From the NCBI GenBank assembly GCA_963816145.1, contig CAWFJP010000005.1, forward strand, positions 320,001 to 384,000: a stretch of 64,000 bases of DNA, written 5' to 3'. Below are positions 19,660-29,608 of this stretch, one piece after another. The notes beneath the pieces are model-generated. The model was not told the origin of the DNA and did no database searches. It worked only from the letters and a program-made list of their open reading frames with translations. Position 1 is the first letter of the stretch, and every line of letters starts with the position of its first letter. Origin of the DNA: an uncultured delta proteobacterium (GTDB taxonomy: Bacteria > Desulfobacterota > Binatia > UBA9968). The position numbers and the translations under genes were made by a program.

Positions 19660-20559
19660 TTAAAGCGGGTCGTCCTGCAGGCGGCCGATCATGCGGCGCC
19701 AGACATTTTTGTCGGGCTGGGTTTGCGGCTTTTTGATCTCCAATTGGCCCATCATCCGGGTCTTTTCATGCAGCTCGACGCTCAGGTTCTCGCATTCTTG
19801 CGACAGGCGTTTGATCAGTTTGCCGATTTCCGCTTCCTTCGCCGCCGTCGCTTGGATGACGACTTCTTTGTCTTTGAGTTGAATCTCCTGCAGGTGCAAC
19901 TTGGATTCAGCATCCTTTAGACGGGTTTCGAGATCGATGATATTGGCGCGAAAATCTGCTTCGGCCTTTTTGAACATGTTGGCCTTCCCTTGCACCGCTT
20001 CGTCGCGTTGGCTCAGTTGGCTTTTGAGCGCGGCGATTTCTCGGTCGATGTCTGCGGTTTTTTTGGCGACTTCCTGTTCGAGCTGCTGCTCTGTGTAGCC
20101 GGGGGTAACCGGGCGGTTGGCCAGTTCGTTGATCTGGCGGTTCAACGAAGCGATTTCGGTTTCGCGTTCTTCGAGTTTTCGCTCGGTGCTGCGCAGGCGC
20201 TGTTCCAGGATCGCCAACTGGTCGCGCGTATTGTTTTCGAGCATGGTGAAGGCGAGATTGCGCTCCTGGAGCGCCAGGGTGCTTTGCTCGAGTTGATTGC
20301 GCAGAGTCGCGACTTCGGTCTGTCGGCTCTCCTCACTGCGCTGGGCGGTTTCGGTTTGGCGGATCGCCGTCACGCAGGCGCGATCGGCGAGGCTGCTCAA
20401 CTTGCTGATATAGTCGAGCAGCTGATTTGCCTGAGTCTCGATCTCGACCAAGCCGGAGGCATCGTCGAACGACAGATTGGGCATATCGTTTGGCGCTTCT
20501 CCAGCGTCAACTTCCGGTTGGTTGCGAACGATCGACAAGACATTTTCAGTGGCACGCAT
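19660..20559 (-). CDS. Coiled-coil protein of unknown function
   Basis: Long E/Q/K/L heptad-rich sequence; C-terminal VWRRMIGRL. Confidence 0.7.
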   Translation of the reverse strand: MRATENVLSIVRNQPEVDAGEAPNDMPNLSFDDASGLVEIETQANQLLDYISKLSSLADRACVTAIRQTETAQRSEESRQTEVATLRNQLEQSTLALQERNLAFTMLENNTRDQLAILEQRLRSTERKLEERETEIASLNRQINELANRPVTPGYTEQQLEQEVAKKTADIDREIAALKSQLSQRDEAVQGKANMFKKAEADFRANIIDLETRLKDAESKLHLQEIQLKDKEVVIQATAAKEAEIGKLIKRLSQECENLSVELHEKTRMMGQLEIKKPQTQPDKNVWRRMIGRLQDDPL

Positions 20560-20916
20560 TGCAAAATTTCCTCCGTCGATGCTGGCAAGACGGTCGTGGG
20601 AATTTTCAGCAATTTTTATACCACCTGGGGATCACTGGCGGCGATTCATAAATAGTTGAAAAGGCGAGCTTATTTTTAGATTAACAAGGCCGCGGTGGCG
20701 GTTAGCGTCGAAACTTGGACAATTATGGCCATGCTTCGTAAATAAGAGCAATCGAGTCGACGACAACTGGCGAAATCAGTTTCGAGGATCGCCGGGCCGA
20801 TTTTTAGCTACATCAGTGCGGCGAAAAGCAGTCGGTAATTTCCCCGTCGTTGCAGTTCAAGTTCAGCGTTTGAATTGCTACAAAGGAGTCGGTTGGGGGG
20901 GTAGGAAGCGGATCCG

Positions 20917-21532
20917 ATGAAGAAGCGGCAGCGGCGCTGGAGCGGATGGTTGATGGTTATGGGGATTCTTTTCGGATGCGATACGGCGTTTCAAGTCGGC
21001 ACCGCCGTGCAGTCGGGACGCCAAGCGCTGTTGCGTAAAGATCCTGCGCAAGCGGTGCCGCATTTTGAGGAAGCGGCGCGCAAAGATCCCGATTATGTTT
21101 ACCGTTCAGCGCATTTCAGCGAAGGCATCTGGGCCTCTGTCGGCCGCTTGCCAGTACGCCACCGGCAATTTCTCCCAAGCCCAACAATCCCTCAAACTGG
21201 CATTGACCAAAGACAAAGACGATCTTCTGGCCCGGCTGTATCTTGGCCTGACTCTGCTGCGCAACGGTCACGAGAGCCGTGGGCAAACTGAATTGCTAAA
21301 CGCCCGACAAAGTGTGCACGACTGGATCGAAAATATTTTGACCAGCCGTTCGGCGGAAGCTTATTGGGATCCCAATAAGCAGATCCGTTCGGAGATCAAG
21401 AAAACTCTCGAGCATCTGGCAGGGACGAGCAGGGATCGGACGCAGATTTTGACCAATGCCGAATGGCTGGGCGCCGAGGTCGAAGAAGAGATCGAACGGG
21501 TGCGGCGCGAGGAAAGCCAACGCAAAGGCTAA
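20917..21532 (+). pseudogene. TPR lipoprotein interrupted by a +1 frameshift near 21148
   Basis: Lipobox-like ILFG-C; removing one T in CGC-T-TGC joins ..GIWASVGR to CQYATGNFSQAQQSL..ARLYLGLTL. Confidence 0.7.
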
Positions 21533-21662
21533 ATTCGCATGGTTGGATCGAGGGTTTGTCGATTGTTGCTTGTTTTGCGCTTGGAAAATAATGCCGATGC
21601 AGGTAGTCTTAGTTGAATGAGATTCGCACCTGCACCTGGGCATTGTATTTGTTTAAACCCCG

Positions 21663-22745
21663 ATGGCCGGAAATAAGCTAAAAGGGCTGGTCTTAAGCGG
21701 GGGCCGGGGAACTCGGCTGCGCCCGCTCACGCATACCGCGGCAAAACAGCTTGTGCCGGTGGCCAACCGGCCGATACTGTTTCACGTTCTCGACAATTTG
21801 CAAAAAGCCGCAGTCGACGACGTCGGGATCGTGATCTCGCCCGAGACCGGGCCGGCGATCCGCGAAGCGGTGGGCGACGGCAGCGCCTGGGGAATGAAAA
21901 TTTCTTTTATCGAGCAAACCGAACCGCTCGGCCTGGCTCACGCGGTCAAGGTGGCGCGGCCCTATTTGGGCGACGATCCCTTCGTCATGTATCTCGGCGA
22001 TAATCTGATCGGTTCGGGGATCGAAAGTTTTCGCGAGCAATTCGAAAAATCCGGCGCGGTTGCGTCGATCTTGCTCAAGGAAGTCGACAACCCGTCAAGT
22101 TTTGGTATCGCCGAAGTCGACGATCAACAGCGCGTGCTCGGCCTGGTAGAAAAGCCGCGGGAGCCGAAATCAAAATTAGCCTTGGTGGGTATTTATTTTT
22201 TTACTGCGAAGATTCATAGCGCCATCGACCAGATCGTGCCTTCCTGGCGCGGCGAGTTGGAGATCACCGACGCCATTCAACTGCTGCTCAGTCAAGGCGG
22301 CAAAGTGCTGAGCCATCGCATCGATGGTTGGTGGCTCGACACCGGCAAGAAGGACGATCTATTGACCGCCAACACCGTCGTCCTCGATGAGTGGGTGCAG
22401 CGGAAGATTGACGGTGAGATCGATGGCGCCAGCCACGTCACCGGACGTGTGCAGCTCGGCAAAGGCAGCCGTGTCGTCAATAGCACTGTGCGCGGTCCCG
22501 CAGTGATCGGCGATGAGGTGCTCGTCGAGAATTCTTTTGTCGGTCCGTTCACCTCCATCGGCAATGGCTGCCGCATCGTTTCTTCAATGCTGGAACACTG
22601 CTTATTGCTGGAAGGCGCGCGGGTGGAATGTGTGGACCGTCTCGAAGATAGCTTGCTCGGCAAAAACTCCGCTGTGGTGCGCGAGCAAAAGAGACACCAG
22701 GCCTACCGCTTGATGATCGGCGACGATTCCGAAGTGTTGCTCTGA
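21663..22745 (+). CDS. rmlA: Glucose-1-phosphate thymidylyltransferase (long form)
   Basis: LSGGRGTRLRPLT..KQLVPV, YLGDN, EKP, RGELEITDAIQ, WLDTG plus LbH tail. Confidence 0.95.
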   Translation: MAGNKLKGLVLSGGRGTRLRPLTHTAAKQLVPVANRPILFHVLDNLQKAAVDDVGIVISPETGPAIREAVGDGSAWGMKISFIEQTEPLGLAHAVKVARPYLGDDPFVMYLGDNLIGSGIESFREQFEKSGAVASILLKEVDNPSSFGIAEVDDQQRVLGLVEKPREPKSKLALVGIYFFTAKIHSAIDQIVPSWRGELEITDAIQLLLSQGGKVLSHRIDGWWLDTGKKDDLLTANTVVLDEWVQRKIDGEIDGASHVTGRVQLGKGSRVVNSTVRGPAVIGDEVLVENSFVGPFTSIGNGCRIVSSMLEHCLLLEGARVECVDRLEDSLLGKNSAVVREQKRHQAYRLMIGDDSEVLL

Positions 22746-23308
22746 TGCCGTTTACTTTCTCGCCCACTAGAATTGCCGATGTGCTGGTCGTCGAGCCACG
22801 AATTTTTCCCGACGAGCGCGGCTTTTTCATGGAAACCTACAAGCGTTCGGAATTCGCCGCTCACGGAATCGGTGAGCCGTTTGTGCAATGTAATCAGTCA
22901 CGCTCGGCGCGCGGCATCTTGCGCGGTTTGCACTTTCAAAAGCCGCCGAAGGCTCAAGGTAAGCTAGTGCGCGTCATGAGCGGCGCGATCTTCGATGTGG
23001 CGGTCGATTTACGCAAGGGGGCGCCGACCTACGGCCAATGGGTCGGCGTGGAATTGACCGCGGCAAATAATAAGATGCTTTATGCGCCGGCGGGCTTCGC
23101 CCATGGCTTTTGCGTCGTCAGCGCCGAAGCGGATATCGCGTACATGACCAGCGACGAATATGCGCCGTCGCTGGAGTCCGGCATCGCCTGGGACGATGCG
23201 GATCTGAACATCACTTGGCCGGTCACAGTGCCGCAACTATCGGGGCGCGATCGTAAGTGGTCGCGCTTGCGCGACACCGATACGGGATTTGTCTATCGGG
23301 GAAGGTGA
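22745..23308 (+). CDS. rmlC: dTDP-4-dehydrorhamnose 3,5-epimerase
   Basis: DERGFFME, LRGLHFQ, DVAVDLR, GFAHGF. Confidence 0.95.
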   Translation: MPFTFSPTRIADVLVVEPRIFPDERGFFMETYKRSEFAAHGIGEPFVQCNQSRSARGILRGLHFQKPPKAQGKLVRVMSGAIFDVAVDLRKGAPTYGQWVGVELTAANNKMLYAPAGFAHGFCVVSAEADIAYMTSDEYAPSLESGIAWDDADLNITWPVTVPQLSGRDRKWSRLRDTDTGFVYRGR

Positions 23309-23332
23309 GCCCGGTTCGTTTCATTCGAAGAT

Positions 23333-24379
23333 ATGAAAACTATTTTTGTTACCGGCGGTTGCGGTTTCATCGGCAGTAATTTCGTGCGTCTGCTATCGAC
23401 GACCACGGATTACCGCATCGTCAATTTCGACAAGCTGACCTACGCCGGCAATTTGGAGAACGTCGCCGATATCAGCCCAGCGCGCATGCGCTTTGTCCAG
23501 GGCGATATTTGCGACCGCGAGTTCGTCGAGCGCATACTCGCCGAAGAGAAGCCCTGGGCGTTTGTCAACTTTGCCGCGGAGTCGCATGTCGATCGCAGCA
23601 TTCTCGACTCGGCGCCGTTTCTCCAGACCAATATCGGCGGTGTTCAATCGCTGCTCGAAGCCGTGCGGCGGGTGAGCGTCGAACGGTTCCTGCAGATCTC
23701 GACCGACGAAGTCTATGGCGACAAGGAAGGCAAGCCGTCGTCCACCGAAGATTCTCTTTTGGCGCCGAGCAGTCCTTACTCGGCGAGCAAAGCCGCCGCC
23801 GATCTGCTTTGCTTCTCCTATCGGCGCACCTATGGTTTGCCGATTCTGGTGACGCGCAGCTCCAACAACTACGGGCCGTATCAATTTCCCGAGAAACTCA
23901 TCCCGCTGCTCTTGCGCAACGGTCTCGGCGATCTTGATTTTCCTGTCTACGGTGACGGCCAGCAGATTCGCGATTGGATCCATGTCGAAGACAACTGCCG
24001 TGGGTTGTTGGCAGTTTTGGAAAACGGCGAGATCGGATCGATTTATAATATCGGCACGAGCGAAGAGCGCAGTAATCTGGCGGTCGTCGACGCGATCTGT
24101 GCCGCCATCGCGGCGCACAAAGGTGTCGATCTGGACCGACTCACAGCGCGCATTCGTTACGTCGCCGACCGTCCGGGCCATGACCGGCGCTACGCCCTCG
24201 ATACGACCAAGGTGCGTAATGAGCTCGGTTGGGCGCCGCGAGTGGATTTCCCGAGCGGTTTGCAACGGACGGTCGATTGGTATTTGAGTCATGCGGACTG
24301 GGTGGCGCGGGTGACGTCCGGCGAATATCGCCAATACTACGAATCAGTTTACGCCCAGAGCTGGGGCAAGACATCCTAA
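23333..24379 (+). CDS. rmlB: dTDP-glucose 4,6-dehydratase
   Basis: TGGCGFIG, AAESHVDRS, STDEVYG, YSASK, DRPGHDRRY. Confidence 0.95.
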   Translation: MKTIFVTGGCGFIGSNFVRLLSTTTDYRIVNFDKLTYAGNLENVADISPARMRFVQGDICDREFVERILAEEKPWAFVNFAAESHVDRSILDSAPFLQTNIGGVQSLLEAVRRVSVERFLQISTDEVYGDKEGKPSSTEDSLLAPSSPYSASKAAADLLCFSYRRTYGLPILVTRSSNNYGPYQFPEKLIPLLLRNGLGDLDFPVYGDGQQIRDWIHVEDNCRGLLAVLENGEIGSIYNIGTSEERSNLAVVDAICAAIAAHKGVDLDRLTARIRYVADRPGHDRRYALDTTKVRNELGWAPRVDFPSGLQRTVDWYLSHADWVARVTSGEYRQYYESVYAQSWGKTS

Positions 24380-25254
24380 TGGCTCGGGTCGGAGTCGTCG
24401 GCAGCACGGGACAGTTGGGCCATGACCTGGTCGAGGTGCTGCGTGGAGCCAATAATTTTGAAGTCGTTGCACTCGATCATAGTCAGATCGAGTGTGCCGA
24501 TTTGGACTCGGTGCGCGGGGTGTTGCTGCCGCTCAAGGCGCGGGCGGTGATCAATTGCGCTGCCTTTGTCCGGGTCGACGACTGTGAATCGCAGGCGCGC
24601 GAAGCGTTTGCCGTCAATGCGCTGGGCGCTCTTCATGTCGCCCGCGCCGCTGCCGAGAGCGGCGCCAAATGCGTTTACATCAGCACCGATTATGTTTTCG
24701 ACGGCGGTAAGGATTCTCCCTACATCGAGTCCGACGTTACTGCGCCGATCAACGTATATGGCGCGTCGAAGCTCGCGGGCGAGCATTTGGTTCGGCAGGC
24801 GGCGCCGGACTGGTTAATCGTCCGGGTGGCGAGTCTATTCGGCAAGACCGGCGCCCGCGGCAAAGGCGGTAATTTTATCGAAACGATTCTCGCTAAAGCG
24901 CGCAAAGGAGAGCCGCTGAAGGTTGTCGACGATATCCTCATTTCGCCGACCTACGCCTGGGATGCGTCGGAGGCGATCGCCCAACTGATCGCCGCCGATG
25001 CCACTGGTATCATTCACGCCGCCAATAGCGGCGCCTGTACATGGTATGAGTTCGCTAAAACGGCTTTGGAACTTTGTCAATTGACCGCCCCGATCGAGGC
25101 GGTGCCATCGTCCCAATTCCCCACGCTGGCGCGCCGGGCGAAGAACTCGGCGCTAGCGAGCGCGCGCTTGCTGCAAGAATTCAACATCACGATGCCCCTC
25201 TGGCGCGACGCTCTGCGCGCCTACCTGTTCGAAAAAGACCACCTGCGGGCCTAA
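24379..25254 (+). CDS. rmlD: dTDP-4-dehydrorhamnose reductase
   Basis: GSTGQLG, NCAA, ISTDYVFDG, YGASK; start ATG 24379 overlaps the rmlB stop. Confidence 0.95.
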   Translation: MARVGVVGSTGQLGHDLVEVLRGANNFEVVALDHSQIECADLDSVRGVLLPLKARAVINCAAFVRVDDCESQAREAFAVNALGALHVARAAAESGAKCVYISTDYVFDGGKDSPYIESDVTAPINVYGASKLAGEHLVRQAAPDWLIVRVASLFGKTGARGKGGNFIETILAKARKGEPLKVVDDILISPTYAWDASEAIAQLIAADATGIIHAANSGACTWYEFAKTALELCQLTAPIEAVPSSQFPTLARRAKNSALASARLLQEFNITMPLWRDALRAYLFEKDHLRA

Positions 25255-25341
25255 GCGGATTTCTTTCGCCGCAAGCCTTTGCGCCGCGGCCGGAGATCAT
25301 GCTAGTAACCTGAATAAATCTATTACCGTGAGGAAACCATC

Positions 25342-26103
25342 ATGCGCATAATCGAAAAACTATTTACCACCAAGCAGCATGGCGTTGCTGGATATTTGGC
25401 CGCTCCGGAACGCAGCGAACCTGGGCCGGCGTTGTACTTGATCCATCCTAAAGGCGGAATGGGCGAGTATATCAAGACAGAGACGCGTAAGTTCGCCCAG
25501 CTCGGTTACACGACTTTTGCCGTCAACGTATTTGAGCAATTGGGCTTTCCCGAAGAGACCCACATCGTCACCGGTGCGCAGATCCAGGCCAAGACTCCCG
25601 ACCCGGAATTCACTCGCGTGCTCACCGAGGGCTGGCGTTTCTTGCTCAAGCAGCCCAACGTCAACAAACAGCGCGTGGCTGTTTGCGGCTATTGCATGGG
25701 CGGGCGTATCGCGATTCATTTCGTCGCGTCAGTGCCAGAAGAAGTGCGCGCCTTTGTCGGTTACTATCCCACCGTGCGCGACGAGCCGGCTTCAGCGCTG
25801 CGGCCGATCCACCCAAGCGCCGCGGCGAAAAAATTCCGCTGTCCGTCGATCAATCTATACGGCGCCGACGATCTGACCACGGTGCTGCCGGTGCAAGAGG
25901 CGATGTATCAAGCCTTCAAAGAAAATGGCCAGCCGCTGGAGTGGCATTTCTTTCCCTTTGGCGGCCATGGTTACGTCGATCCAGGCGCGCCCGGATACAA
26001 CCCCCGCACCGCCGATCTGTCTTGGCCGCTGGTGGCCGATTTCTTGGAGCGCAACTTGAAATGGAGCTCTCCTGAGGTGCCAAATCCGAACGTGATTGTC
26101 TAA
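25342..26103 (+). CDS. Dienelactone hydrolase family protein
   Basis: GYCMGG Cys nucleophile, GADD, GHG. Confidence 0.85.
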   Translation: MRIIEKLFTTKQHGVAGYLAAPERSEPGPALYLIHPKGGMGEYIKTETRKFAQLGYTTFAVNVFEQLGFPEETHIVTGAQIQAKTPDPEFTRVLTEGWRFLLKQPNVNKQRVAVCGYCMGGRIAIHFVASVPEEVRAFVGYYPTVRDEPASALRPIHPSAAAKKFRCPSINLYGADDLTTVLPVQEAMYQAFKENGQPLEWHFFPFGGHGYVDPGAPGYNPRTADLSWPLVADFLERNLKWSSPEVPNPNVIV

Positions 26104-26125
26104 GATTTACCACGCTAGCTGAACG

Positions 26126-26166
26126 AAAACGCCGCCCTGGGTGATTTCCTAGGGCGGTGTTTTTTT
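26126..26166. terminator. Bidirectional intrinsic terminator
   Basis: AAAACGCCGCCCTGG ... CTAGGGCGGTGTTTTTTT between convergent genes. Confidence 0.8.
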
Positions 26167-26204
26167 GCGGAGGTGAGTAGCGAATCTGACTTCGCGGGTT
26201 CGGT

Positions 26205-26462
26205 TCATCCCCCTCCGCGCAAAGTCCCTTTGAACTCGTCGACGGTCATTTTGCCGGCGACCATCAGTTCCATGTCGGAGCCGCTGGTGTAGTGGCTCCA
26301 GTCGCCGATCGCTAGATCCCAGTGCATCACTTTGCTTATAGGCGGCAGGTTCGCGGGAAGTTGTTTGTCTTTGTGCGAGATCGGGATTTCCATGGCGCGG
26401 CCGATAGCGCGCACATCGGCCTTTTGTTTCTGGCACCAATCGAGTATTTCGGCAAACGTCAT
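26205..26462 (-). CDS. Hypothetical protein (85 aa), coupled to the cupin
   Basis: ATGA overlap with the cupin stop; protein-like composition. Confidence 0.65.
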   Translation of the reverse strand: MTFAEILDWCQKQKADVRAIGRAMEIPISHKDKQLPANLPPISKVMHWDLAIGDWSHYTSGSDMELMVAGKMTVDEFKGTLRGGG

Positions 26463-26908
26463 TGTTGCTGCTCCGCTGGTTTGTTCTCCGACTTGACCGG
26501 ATTGTATAGATGTTCTTTCAGCCCGGTGTGCACGCCGTAGATAACCTTACCGATCTTGGGTTTCTTCAAGGGCTCGGTGCTCACCTGGTAGAGGATCAGC
26601 CGTTCGGTACCGGTGTTGTTGAGCTGGTAGAAAAAACCTGGAGGGACATGGACGGCTTGGTGTTGTTTGAGATGATATTCTTCGCCGTCATGCAATCCCT
26701 TCATGGTGCACTCGCCCTGGACCACGAAAAACGTGTGATCGGAGCCGGGATGGCAGTGGAGCTCGTCGTTGACGCCGGGCTCGTAGCTGTTGAGCGCGAT
26801 ATGCAGCCGGTCGGTTTGGGTCGGACGCGCGTAGTTGCGGCCCGTGGGCTTGCCCCACTGAGCCTCCTTCACAACGTCGACTTTGGTAATCTTGGTAATC
26901 TTTTCCAT
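26459..26908 (-). CDS. Cupin-domain protein
   Basis: LHCHPGSDHTFFVVQG, VPPG..Y.L.NTG; start ATG 26908 after AGGAGG. Confidence 0.8.
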   Translation of the reverse strand: MEKITKITKVDVVKEAQWGKPTGRNYARPTQTDRLHIALNSYEPGVNDELHCHPGSDHTFFVVQGECTMKGLHDGEEYHLKQHQAVHVPPGFFYQLNNTGTERLILYQVSTEPLKKPKIGKVIYGVHTGLKEHLYNPVKSENKPAEQQQ

Positions 26909-26996
26909 GGATATCCTCCTGGTAAGTTCGATCCCGCTAAATCTACAGGATGTTGGCAATCAAAAACAAGTGGTGCGCAAATCCTGGCTCTTCGTG

Positions 26997-27025
26997 TTGA
27001 CAGAATTGCTCGCCGACCATAGATT
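26997..27025 (+). promoter_or_regulatory. sigma70 promoter
   Basis: TTGACA-17-TAGATT. Confidence 0.65.
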
Positions 27026-27138
27026 CGCGGCATGGCGATGTTTTCAGTCAAACTAAAAAAGCGGCTGGCTGCGATTTCCCTCATCGCTACAACGTTTAAG
27101 CTAGGTTAATACTGATAACACCCAAGGAAGACGCTTAC

Positions 27139-28188
27139 ATGAAGACATTATTCAGACTCATCGTGTCGTTGATCGTCACCGCTTCCGTTGACGTTTCGGC
27201 CCAGGGGGCCAAGCCGTCGACCCTCGCTGATCTCGTTAAATATCGTGGCGCCGATCGGGAGAAGATTCTTTACGAGGGCGCCAAGCGGGAAGGAAGTTTC
27301 GTTTGGTACACCTCCCTGGTGCCGCATAAGGAGATCAGCAAGGTTTTCATGAGCAAGTATCCCGGTGTCAGCATTGATATCTATCGCGCCGACGGGGTGA
27401 CCCTTGCGAATCGCGCTATGGCCGAGCATCAGGCGCGCCGTCACATTATGGACGCCATCGAAACCACGCCGCCGCCATTGATGCCGCTGCGCGATAACAA
27501 GTTGCTGATGCCGTACTGGTCCCCGCATCTGGCGGCTTATCCCGAAATTGCCAAGGAAAAGGCCGATGGCGATCTGGTGTGGTGGAGCACTGACCGCGAG
27601 TCGTTGATCGGCGTCGGCTACAACAAGAATACATTTCCCGCCGCCGATCTGCCGAAGCGTTTCGACGACCTGCTCAAGCCGGCGTTGAAGGGCAAAATGG
27701 GGGTGGCGAACAACGAGACCGGCGCCCGCGCCCTCGGCGGCATCATCAAGGCCAAGGGAGAGGAATTTGTCCGGCGGCTCAAAGATCAAGAAGCGCGCCC
27801 GCACGCGACAAGTGCCGCGGGGTTGGCCGATCTGATCATTCGTGGCGAGGTGCCGATCTCCTTTACCATGGTGCAAACCAATTTGACGCAGCCCGCTGCC
27901 ACGCGCGGCGCACCGGTGGGCTGGGTGCCGATGGAGGTCGTGCCGGTCAATGCCGGCGGCGCCGCGATTTCGGCCAATGCGGCCCATCCCCATGCGGCAT
28001 TGTTGTTCATCGATTTTCTGCTTGGTCCGGAAGGCCAGAAGATGTATGCCGACAAACTTTTCTATACCAGCGCGACGAGAAAAGTCAGCTATGAGAAATG
28101 GTATCCCGATAAAGGATTGACCACGGCGGAGTACGAAGAACGGGCCGACAAGTGGCTGAAGCTCCTGCGCGAGATTACCCGAAAGTAG
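27139..28188 (+). CDS. Extracellular solute-binding protein (Fe3+/thiamine-type)
   Basis: GAKREGSFVWYTS, GYN, DLLKPALKGK, AAHPHAALLFIDF. Confidence 0.85.
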   Translation: MKTLFRLIVSLIVTASVDVSAQGAKPSTLADLVKYRGADREKILYEGAKREGSFVWYTSLVPHKEISKVFMSKYPGVSIDIYRADGVTLANRAMAEHQARRHIMDAIETTPPPLMPLRDNKLLMPYWSPHLAAYPEIAKEKADGDLVWWSTDRESLIGVGYNKNTFPAADLPKRFDDLLKPALKGKMGVANNETGARALGGIIKAKGEEFVRRLKDQEARPHATSAAGLADLIIRGEVPISFTMVQTNLTQPAATRGAPVGWVPMEVVPVNAGGAAISANAAHPHAALLFIDFLLGPEGQKMYADKLFYTSATRKVSYEKWYPDKGLTTAEYEERADKWLKLLREITRK

Positions 28189-28436
28189 CTTGCGGGGCGC
28201 TTATGTGGCTCAATTCCCTGTACGAATTCCCCTTATTTAACAGAAGGTTGCCACGACTTCAGAGTCTTTTCTTGAAGACTGCCTAGCTAAAATGGCCGGT
28301 TCGACCGGCATAATATTTTCAAGCCGCCGAAATTCAACGGGAAATACCCCTCGGCGAAGTGAATCCCGCACCCCCTCCCTTTGACGTCTAACTAACGAGT
28401 GATAAGCGTAGCTGCTCCAACTTAGGGGAGGGCATA

Positions 28437-28499
28437 ATGGCTGCAAAAATCGACTGCATGACCTGCCGGAAACGGCCGAGAAAAAAGACGCGGAAATAG
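28437..28499 (+). CDS. Putative 20-aa small protein MAAKIDCMTCRKRPRKKTRK
   Basis: AGGGGAGGG RBS 4 nt before ATG, TTGACG upstream at 28381, terminator downstream; CxxC plus basic tail. Confidence 0.5.
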   Translation: MAAKIDCMTCRKRPRKKTRK

Positions 28500-28509
28500 T
28501 GGATTGATA

Positions 28510-28536
28510 ATCGAGGATAGAGGATCGAAGATCGAA
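28510..28536. repeat. 7-nt periodic ATCGAGG/ATCGAAG repeat
   Basis: ATCGAGG ATAGAGG ATCGAAG ATCGAA; partial inverse at 28613-28624. Confidence 0.7.
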
Positions 28537-28564
28537 AAACTCTCCGTTACCAATACCAAAAACA

Positions 28565-28601
28565 AAAAAGGGCCTGCGATAAACAACGCAGGCCCTTTTT
28601 T
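28565..28601. terminator. Bidirectional intrinsic terminator
   Basis: AAAAAAGGGCCTGCG-loop-CGCAGGCCCTTTTTT. Confidence 0.85.
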
Positions 28602-28624
28602 GTTTAACGGGTGATCTTCTCGAT

Positions 28625-29461
28625 TTAGAAGAAAGCCAACGTCCGCATCTCGATGCTTTCGCGCGGCGGCACATTGGGCGGGGCCGTCGGGTCGTCAAAG
28701 GCGCAGTGGGCGGTCCAGCGGGCCCGGCCGTCTTTGAGCGAGTCGTAGCACTTGAACACCATGGCCTCGTTGCGCTGCATGTTGGGAAAGTAGCACCAGC
28801 GATGCGCCGGGTTATGGGTCATGTGGTAGACCTCGCCGCGCCGGTTCGGGTAAATGCGCGCGCTCGGGATCAGTTCACTGGTTCCAATGGACTGGGCGTC
28901 GGCGATGGCGAGATGGTCGTTTTGCACCGGCTGGTTGATCGGCCGCCAGGTTTGCACCACGGCGAAGCGCCGGCTGATGAGTTCTTCGGCTTCATCTGGC
29001 AGCAACTCGCGCACCCGCTGCGGTCCCGACCACTCCGTGTAGTCATTGTGCGCGTTGCGTACCGGGCTGCTTACCTGATTGGCCTCGCGGATGGCGCTGT
29101 CCGCGGCGCGCAACGTGTGATCGAACACCAGCACCCGTTTGGCGCCGGAGATTTGCTTTACCAGTTCCTCGGTTTCGTTGTAATAGATCGAGCGCACTTC
29201 ATCTTCGTCGTAGAAATTTTTCACCTGGGTGTCGTGACGGACGAGGACGAACCCCTCGCGCTCCAGTGACAGCCGATCGGCGATGTCCCGGCCATTGTAG
29301 ATCGGCATCTTGAACTCGGCGTACTTGCCCTTGCGCTTTTGGTCCGCTACCTCTTGCCGGACCCCGCCATAGCTCTCGGGTGTTTCGCTAGTATCGACGA
29401 GATAGTTCAAAATCGCTTCAAATGCCGGCGCGGGCTCGTTGATTTGTTCGGCTCGTGACAT
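28625..29461 (-). CDS. CmcJ/NvfI/AsaB-family Fe(II)/2-oxoglutarate-type oxidoreductase
   Basis: VFDHTLR, AHNDYT (HxD), WRP, FKCYDS, AHCAF, RESIEMR. Confidence 0.85.
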   Translation of the reverse strand: MSRAEQINEPAPAFEAILNYLVDTSETPESYGGVRQEVADQKRKGKYAEFKMPIYNGRDIADRLSLEREGFVLVRHDTQVKNFYDEDEVRSIYYNETEELVKQISGAKRVLVFDHTLRAADSAIREANQVSSPVRNAHNDYTEWSGPQRVRELLPDEAEELISRRFAVVQTWRPINQPVQNDHLAIADAQSIGTSELIPSARIYPNRRGEVYHMTHNPAHRWCYFPNMQRNEAMVFKCYDSLKDGRARWTAHCAFDDPTAPPNVPPRESIEMRTLAFF

Positions 29462-29493
29462 AAGCGGTTTCCTTTGGGGGTAATCGAACAATG

Positions 29494-29578
29494 GTTCACC
29501 ACGAAGGCACGAAGGACACGAAGGTTTCGAACGATCTAACTTCCGAACTTCGCGCTTTTCGTGTCCTTCGTGGTGAAC
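29494..29578. repeat. Palindromic CACGAAG element (same family as 1405-1487)
   Basis: GTTCACCACGAAG...TTCCGAACTTCG...CTTCGTGGTGAAC. Confidence 0.9.
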
Positions 29579-29608
29579 ATGTCTTGGTCTTCGTGGCGCT
29601 GGCTATTC

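Noticed and set aside
28237-28698. 153-aa minus-strand ORF across the intergenic gap
   Set aside because: It runs through a terminator and a repeat and overlaps the CmcJ-like gene end; composition is not protein-like.
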